In this document: one piece after another, positions 60,001 to 64,000 of the stretch
Position numbering within the stretch: position 1 is the stretch's first letter
How the letters are laid out: the number at the start of each line of letters is the position of its first letter
Origin: Fibrobacteria bacterium
GTDB lineage: Bacteria > Fibrobacterota > Chitinivibrionia > Chitinivibrionales > FEN-1185
Direction: 5' to 3'
Length of the DNA: 64,000 nt
Assembly (NCBI GenBank): GCA_037447435.1
Contig: JBBIGR010000008.1
Span: forward strand, 1-64,000
The notes under the pieces: model-generated
What the model was told of the DNA's origin: nothing
Seen by the model: only the letters and a program-made list of their open reading frames with translations
The model's database searches: none
Position numbers and translations under genes: made by a program

Positions 60001-63000
60001 CGATTTATTACCGATTCCGGGGGACCCGAGCAAAGATAATTTTCAAATTTACCGTTTAACTCCAGAATCTGATAAACAGAATTTTTCACATATGAATGGA
60101 ACGGAAAAAAACCATTATCTGAATTCGGAAGATATAAATGGAGATGGCTGGCATACAACCGAAGCGTATTACCGGCGATACATCGATTTCGATAGTACCA
60201 ATGATGCCGCTTTCATGTCTAAGAATGCGAATAATTATCGCATCAATGATTCTGTTGCTAATGCAGACACTAGTCACGGATGGCATTTTTATAGAATACC
60301 GCTGAATGACTCGTTAACAGGTGATTGCAAAATCAATGGTTCGCCGAGTTGGTCGGAAATAAAGTTTTTGCGTATTTCCTGGACAAAAATGAAAAACGAC
60401 ACCCAGAGCGTTGAATTTGCCCGTATGCAATTTGTCGGTAATCAGTGGCAGGAATTGTCTCAAGATACACTTCACAAATCAAAAATTGCCATATCTACCT
60501 TAAATACCGAAGAAAACAAGGGGTTTTATACGCCACCGCCAACTTTGGTATTGCAGAAAGATGACCGAGGCAATCTTGAGCGGGAAACTTCCTTAAAAAT
60601 CGATTATAACAACATTTTGCCTGGGGACATTGCTATTGCAAAACGGTCGATGTCAACCAATGCTTTGAATCTTTCATCATATCAAAATATTTCGCTTATG
60701 GTGCATGGTGATTCAATACACAATGATCTTTGGTATGTTTTCCGTTTCGGTACCGATGATTCCACTTATTATGAATGCAAAACCAAGTTTGATATGAGCA
60801 ATTCCTGGAAGGAAATGAGTATTAATCTTAAGGAATTATCTGATATAAAGAGAAAATATATAGATGATCATACCGATACATTCGTTAATACCAGTGCCAT
60901 ATCAAGTAATGGAAGTGGAAATGTTTTGTCAATTCGTTCGCCAAGAGGCAGAACGGCAAGTTTCGCGACCATAACTTATATGGCCATGGGTGTTATGCGC
61001 GATAGTGGGGGTGTTGGGGTAAACGGCTATAGCGGCCAGGTTTGGACAGACGAACTTAAGGTAAAGGGTATAAACCCGATGGAAGGCTTTGCCGGTCGAG
61101 CTTATTTGTCAACTAAATGGGCCGACTTCATGAATTTATCCTTGGGTATGGACTATGAAGACGGCATGTTCAGGCGAATGACCGAAACCGATTTAGCATT
61201 GAAAAGTTCATCTATTTCGACCAATTTCAGTGTGGATTGGCGACTTGATAAATTTATGCCTGCAGATTGGGGCGTTTCCATACCGCTGGGAACCCGAATG
61301 CAGGAAAAACTCATACGTCCGCAAATTAAGCCCAATTCAGACATATTTCTTAATACCAACGGTTCGCCGGATGGAATCATGGACATGTATGCAGAACTTG
61401 TCAATATGATAGGCGGGCGAAATGTGATAGGACCGAAAAACACCTTGTCGAGCCATTATCAAACTGCAACATTCTCGCGTAACTGGCATACGGCATATGA
61501 GAAGAAAACTGCATCCCCAAATTTCTTTATCGATGCATTATTCGACCGCTTTTCCATGACCGATCTTTCATACGATTACGCCACAAATGTGACAGGACGC
61601 GGCCCTGCATCCTTTGGAGGGGCGGACAGGCTCGATGTCGATACGACCGAAACATACCATACTTTGCTAAAATATGATTTGAGCCCGAAACTTGCTCCAA
61701 AGTGGACAAAATGGAAACCGTTTGAAGATTCAAAAATTCTTTGGCTTCCCGAGCGAATTAAAGGATATGAATTCAATTGGCTTCCGACTACCTTTACCGT
61801 CGATATGGCGGATCTTACCTATTCTCGCGAGGCAAAAGGCCTTGGGTTAACAGGGGATAAATCGGAAACAAAAAAGCTTGGAATCGACCATCGCGTAAAT
61901 TTATTGTATGATCCGATCAATATTTTAAACCTCAGTTACAACCTGACCTCGAGCCGGAATTTTGATGATGATGTACAGGATTTGAATCTGAAGGATAATT
62001 TTTATTATTTCATGAGTAAAAAGGTTAGTCAAATGAATCAGGCTTGGCATAGCTTCGGTGTTTTATATGGAGAGCGAAACCGGGCCCAAAACCTGAACGT
62101 ACATTTCGATCCTTCTTTCTTAGACTGGTTGTCGCATTCTTTTGATTATAATACATCGTATGGACAAAGCAAGACTACGATAACTAACGATACTACCGAT
62201 TATTTAAATCTGAAGTCCGATGCTACTTTTAAATTGACAAGTACCTTAAATATGGCGAATTTGTTCAAGAATTTTTCAACGGGGTTTTCAAGCATGAAGG
62301 CGCTTGCGGAAACGTTCAATTCGATAGAAAAAGGCATAGAAAAAATAGCATTGACAAGCATAACTTTCGACTATTCTGCAAAAGCATCGGTGGCCAATTA
62401 TTATTTGGATCCTGCCACCGTGGAAGGTACTGGTGCCGATCTTGGCAGGAGTAAATGGAATTTCTTTCTGTACCAAGTCGGGATGTCGGGCCGGTCGGGA
62501 AAAAATATTTGGAATATCGTTACTGGAGATATGGACGACTATGCATTGGGCGGCATGCGGTTTCGCGGATATAATCCCAATATCAATGGCCAGGATCAGC
62601 GTACCAGCGATAAGACGTATGGTATTACTACCAATTTTGCGTTGCCTGAACCCATTGATCTTCGGATCACATCGATTGGTTTAAAATGGGGAAACAGCTA
62701 TGTTATAACTCCAGATACTACTAAGATTGACAGGACCACGACATTTCCGGACTTTTCGGTGCAGGCACAAACCGGTTTGTTGAATAAATTACAAATTGTT
62801 AACAGGAACGCGAACGCTGTTCAGGTGACATCCGGGTTTAATTATGTTCGAAAACAGCAAGAACGCAACACCGGTACCACTCCGGCAGATCTTGATATAG
62901 TGACCTCAAAAACATATTCTATGACTCCTCTTTTTGGCGTCGACGGCACTTTAAAACAATGGCCGGTAAATATTTCTTATGCGCATACCTGGACAATTAA

Positions 63001-63382
63001 GACTGATAGCAGCAGTAAAACGAATTCGGGCACCAGGACTACCGATCATGATAATAAACTCAATATTCGCTACGAAATAAGCAAAGCTAGTACGGGGAAG
63101 GATGAGTTCAAATTCCTTATGTGGACCATTCCAGTTAAGGGACGAGTAGAGACTGGGTTGGAAGGGGATTTTGCCACCAGTAAAGTTGAATCAAAAACTA
63201 CAGATCAGTCCGATTATAGTACTACAGCAGATTCCTGGACATTGCAAATATCGCCGCATGCCTCGTACGATTTTACCGAAAATATTACTGGAGAAGTTAA
63301 GTATACGGGTACAAGAAAAAAAGAGATTCCTCAGACAACGTCATCACATATTTTCTCTCTTTCGGTCACTATTCGATTTTAG
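57050..63382 (+). CDS. sprA: Type IX secretion system outer-membrane translocon SprA/Sov homolog
   Basis: 2110 aa; KIEYKG...DEIVQEV, GLFGIK, GTDYLIDY, YIDDFES, WHFYRIPL, FVGNQW, VWTDEL; terminal beta-strand ending in Phe. Confidence 0.88.
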   Translation: MRFCSQQFKAACLIIASSMAIWAQSSIPFSSPTIGSFHALPEDPAPQSVLLAVNSMFLTCNTTLFEDRQIIDFEKREISFERYDKTYNIPIWQYRYEELDSYLESRRRFALLSGWYAGQTSVLAPVQEKKKAFTSLQWELPVEYPSWAQRILGKDPPKLSITGYEKIIVSYESNKIETGSNLDLPATGALNFDQENQFSITGSVGRLININIKGSTKEGVDAANDPLKNFKIEYKGEGNELEDEIVQEVVAGYTSFEMPGTQLSGFSESHEGLFGIKMNAKLGPLSLTGIASTEQGQSQTMSFSPTGAGESSTKISEKDFVPNKIFFLDSIYLQKYLGKRATVPKVAQLQVWLSNANMVNEAKPADNASKTNTNIYKKVGASLSWYKKLEEKRHYFLNQDEGWIRFDSTISESDLLGIYLVFSDTTYKTKGYNILDNPVAAKDTAIDTLWTLKFQDQNTSHPTFPLMWRNVYQLPNGFDQDKFKLRVTRSNADTGVEKTSDNKYFSNVLGLANDKGVPYTTNTQIFDNVHNIIVIPAFTSSDTSVRGNEPFSNPALGTDAVDKDIYHKTGANDFGLIIPKFQISMSGASRKTTFTLGFGSVMQGTEILKIDGKQLVRGTDYLIDYQTGQVDLISKEAMNANQISAEFQSEALFVAKQKVFFGLRGETKLPFSDKSILGMSILYQDASARENVPKLNQEPYSKLLLDVNSKVEFEPEWMTKAVNAIPLISTDAASALSIEVEVAHSSTNPNTSSGKDAYIDDFESSKEVYPMPFLESSWYTASPPPDDNNSPIDMLKNPPAWIQYWYAPLQGDGQPLKTDIFKQLPDVATQTDAEKYEPVLKLFAQPKPPQNNPYYDTTLHPWAGFMTSFPSNVANRSKDKFLEFWAKNNGGGRLTIDMGLVSEDISIDGGPPNGRPDLEDKNNIGYFDSLDVGLDGLTDADEYYVYPRKTATGTYYWDTLRYLKQDLTTKAYLTDPKTGRNIINDLLPIPGDPSKDNFQIYRLTPESDKQNFSHMNGTEKNHYLNSEDINGDGWHTTEAYYRRYIDFDSTNDAAFMSKNANNYRINDSVANADTSHGWHFYRIPLNDSLTGDCKINGSPSWSEIKFLRISWTKMKNDTQSVEFARMQFVGNQWQELSQDTLHKSKIAISTLNTEENKGFYTPPPTLVLQKDDRGNLERETSLKIDYNNILPGDIAIAKRSMSTNALNLSSYQNISLMVHGDSIHNDLWYVFRFGTDDSTYYECKTKFDMSNSWKEMSINLKELSDIKRKYIDDHTDTFVNTSAISSNGSGNVLSIRSPRGRTASFATITYMAMGVMRDSGGVGVNGYSGQVWTDELKVKGINPMEGFAGRAYLSTKWADFMNLSLGMDYEDGMFRRMTETDLALKSSSISTNFSVDWRLDKFMPADWGVSIPLGTRMQEKLIRPQIKPNSDIFLNTNGSPDGIMDMYAELVNMIGGRNVIGPKNTLSSHYQTATFSRNWHTAYEKKTASPNFFIDALFDRFSMTDLSYDYATNVTGRGPASFGGADRLDVDTTETYHTLLKYDLSPKLAPKWTKWKPFEDSKILWLPERIKGYEFNWLPTTFTVDMADLTYSREAKGLGLTGDKSETKKLGIDHRVNLLYDPINILNLSYNLTSSRNFDDDVQDLNLKDNFYYFMSKKVSQMNQAWHSFGVLYGERNRAQNLNVHFDPSFLDWLSHSFDYNTSYGQSKTTITNDTTDYLNLKSDATFKLTSTLNMANLFKNFSTGFSSMKALAETFNSIEKGIEKIALTSITFDYSAKASVANYYLDPATVEGTGADLGRSKWNFFLYQVGMSGRSGKNIWNIVTGDMDDYALGGMRFRGYNPNINGQDQRTSDKTYGITTNFALPEPIDLRITSIGLKWGNSYVITPDTTKIDRTTTFPDFSVQAQTGLLNKLQIVNRNANAVQVTSGFNYVRKQQERNTGTTPADLDIVTSKTYSMTPLFGVDGTLKQWPVNISYAHTWTIKTDSSSKTNSGTRTTDHDNKLNIRYEISKASTGKDEFKFLMWTIPVKGRVETGLEGDFATSKVESKTTDQSDYSTTADSWTLQISPHASYDFTENITGEVKYTGTRKKEIPQTTSSHIFSLSVTIRF

Positions 63383-63504
63383 CCAGGATTATCCTGTCTA
63401 AAATCGAAACGCCCTTATATATATTCATTTTATAATATATATCTTTAAGGATAAACGTCCTGCATGGGTGAGACCCCACGAATTGTTTGCAAGGAATAAA
63501 TTTC

Positions 63505-64000
63505 ATGGGAAAAAAGATTCTTTTTACTGCAACGCCCACTGAAAAACGGGCAGCGCTTCTTGATAATGAGCGGGTAGTTGAACTTGTTGTTGAACGTCCC
63601 GATAGCTTGAAAGTTGTCGGCAACATATATCGCGGAAAAATTGTTTCCATATTGCCTGGCTTACAGGCAGCGTTCGTAGATATAGGCCTCCAAAAGGCTG
63701 CGTTTTTGCATGCATCGGATGTTGATCCTTCCTTATTGCTTGACGAAGGAGATGCTTCGCTTGAACGTTACACAGAACAAAACAATAATAAGCGAAAACG
63801 CATTGTTCGTATTCCTATAGAAAAGGTTCTTGAAGAAGGACAGGAGATCCTTGTTCAGGTTATTAAAGAGCCTATAGGTACAAAGGGTGCGAAAGTTACG
63901 ACGCAAATCAGTTTGGCTGGAATGTTTCTCGTTTTGGTACCTGATGCAAATTTTATCGGAGTTTCTAAAAAAACCAGTGACGATAAGCGGCGCCAAAGGC
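63505..64000 (+). CDS. Rne/Rng family ribonuclease (5' part, runs off the window; absent from the ORF track)
   Basis: Translates as MGKKILF...VGNIYRGKIVSILPGLQAAFVDIG...AFLH...EGQEILVQVIKEPIGTKGA; AAGGA RBS. Confidence 0.93.
   Translation, partial: MGKKILFTATPTEKRAALLDNERVVELVVERPDSLKVVGNIYRGKIVSILPGLQAAFVDIGLQKAAFLHASDVDPSLLLDEGDASLERYTEQNNNKRKRIVRIPIEKVLEEGQEILVQVIKEPIGTKGAKVTTQISLAGMFLVLVPDANFIGVSKKTSDDKRRQR

Noticed and set aside
63369..63996. Minus-strand ORFs at the window end
   Set aside because: Shadows of the plus-strand Rne/Rng gene starting at 63505.

Overview
Chromosomal window with no mobile element, probably from an anaerobic Fibrobacterota/Chitinivibrionia-like polysaccharide degrader. 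This is an inference from SprA, T9SS-type C-terminal tails and a [FeFe]-hydrogenase. Contents from left to right: (1) a glf + GT-C + GT2 + ArnT-like glycosylation cassette; (2) two tandem fascin-GH26-T9SS-tail enzymes sharing a LacI-like operator; (3) GT2 + asnB; (4) a motif-rich intergenic region and a stand-alone SWIB protein; (5) a GltD-fused [FeFe]-hydrogenase; (6) an ABC exporter and a lipoprotein; (7) a ~28 kb tightly packed plus-strand unit; (8) small hypotheticals, galT and an FGE-domain protein; (9) tRNA(CAT)-tilS-ftsH-folP; (10) a membrane-anchored FGE-domain protein coupled to sprA; (11) the start of an Rne/Rng gene. In unit (7), a myxobacterial Agl/Glt(Nfs)-like trans-envelope motor runs directly into a Wza/Wzc/Wzy polysaccharide locus. 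The motor part comprises an HTH protein, two paralogous beta-barrels, two TPR scaffolds (one ending in a sugar-binding-like domain), a GltF-like protein, MotA/ExbB, two ExbD genes with a STAS gene between them, and a GltG/TonB-like protein. The best candidate for an undescribed system is this coupling of a motor to polysaccharide export. All family calls come from motif recognition by eye; no database search was run.
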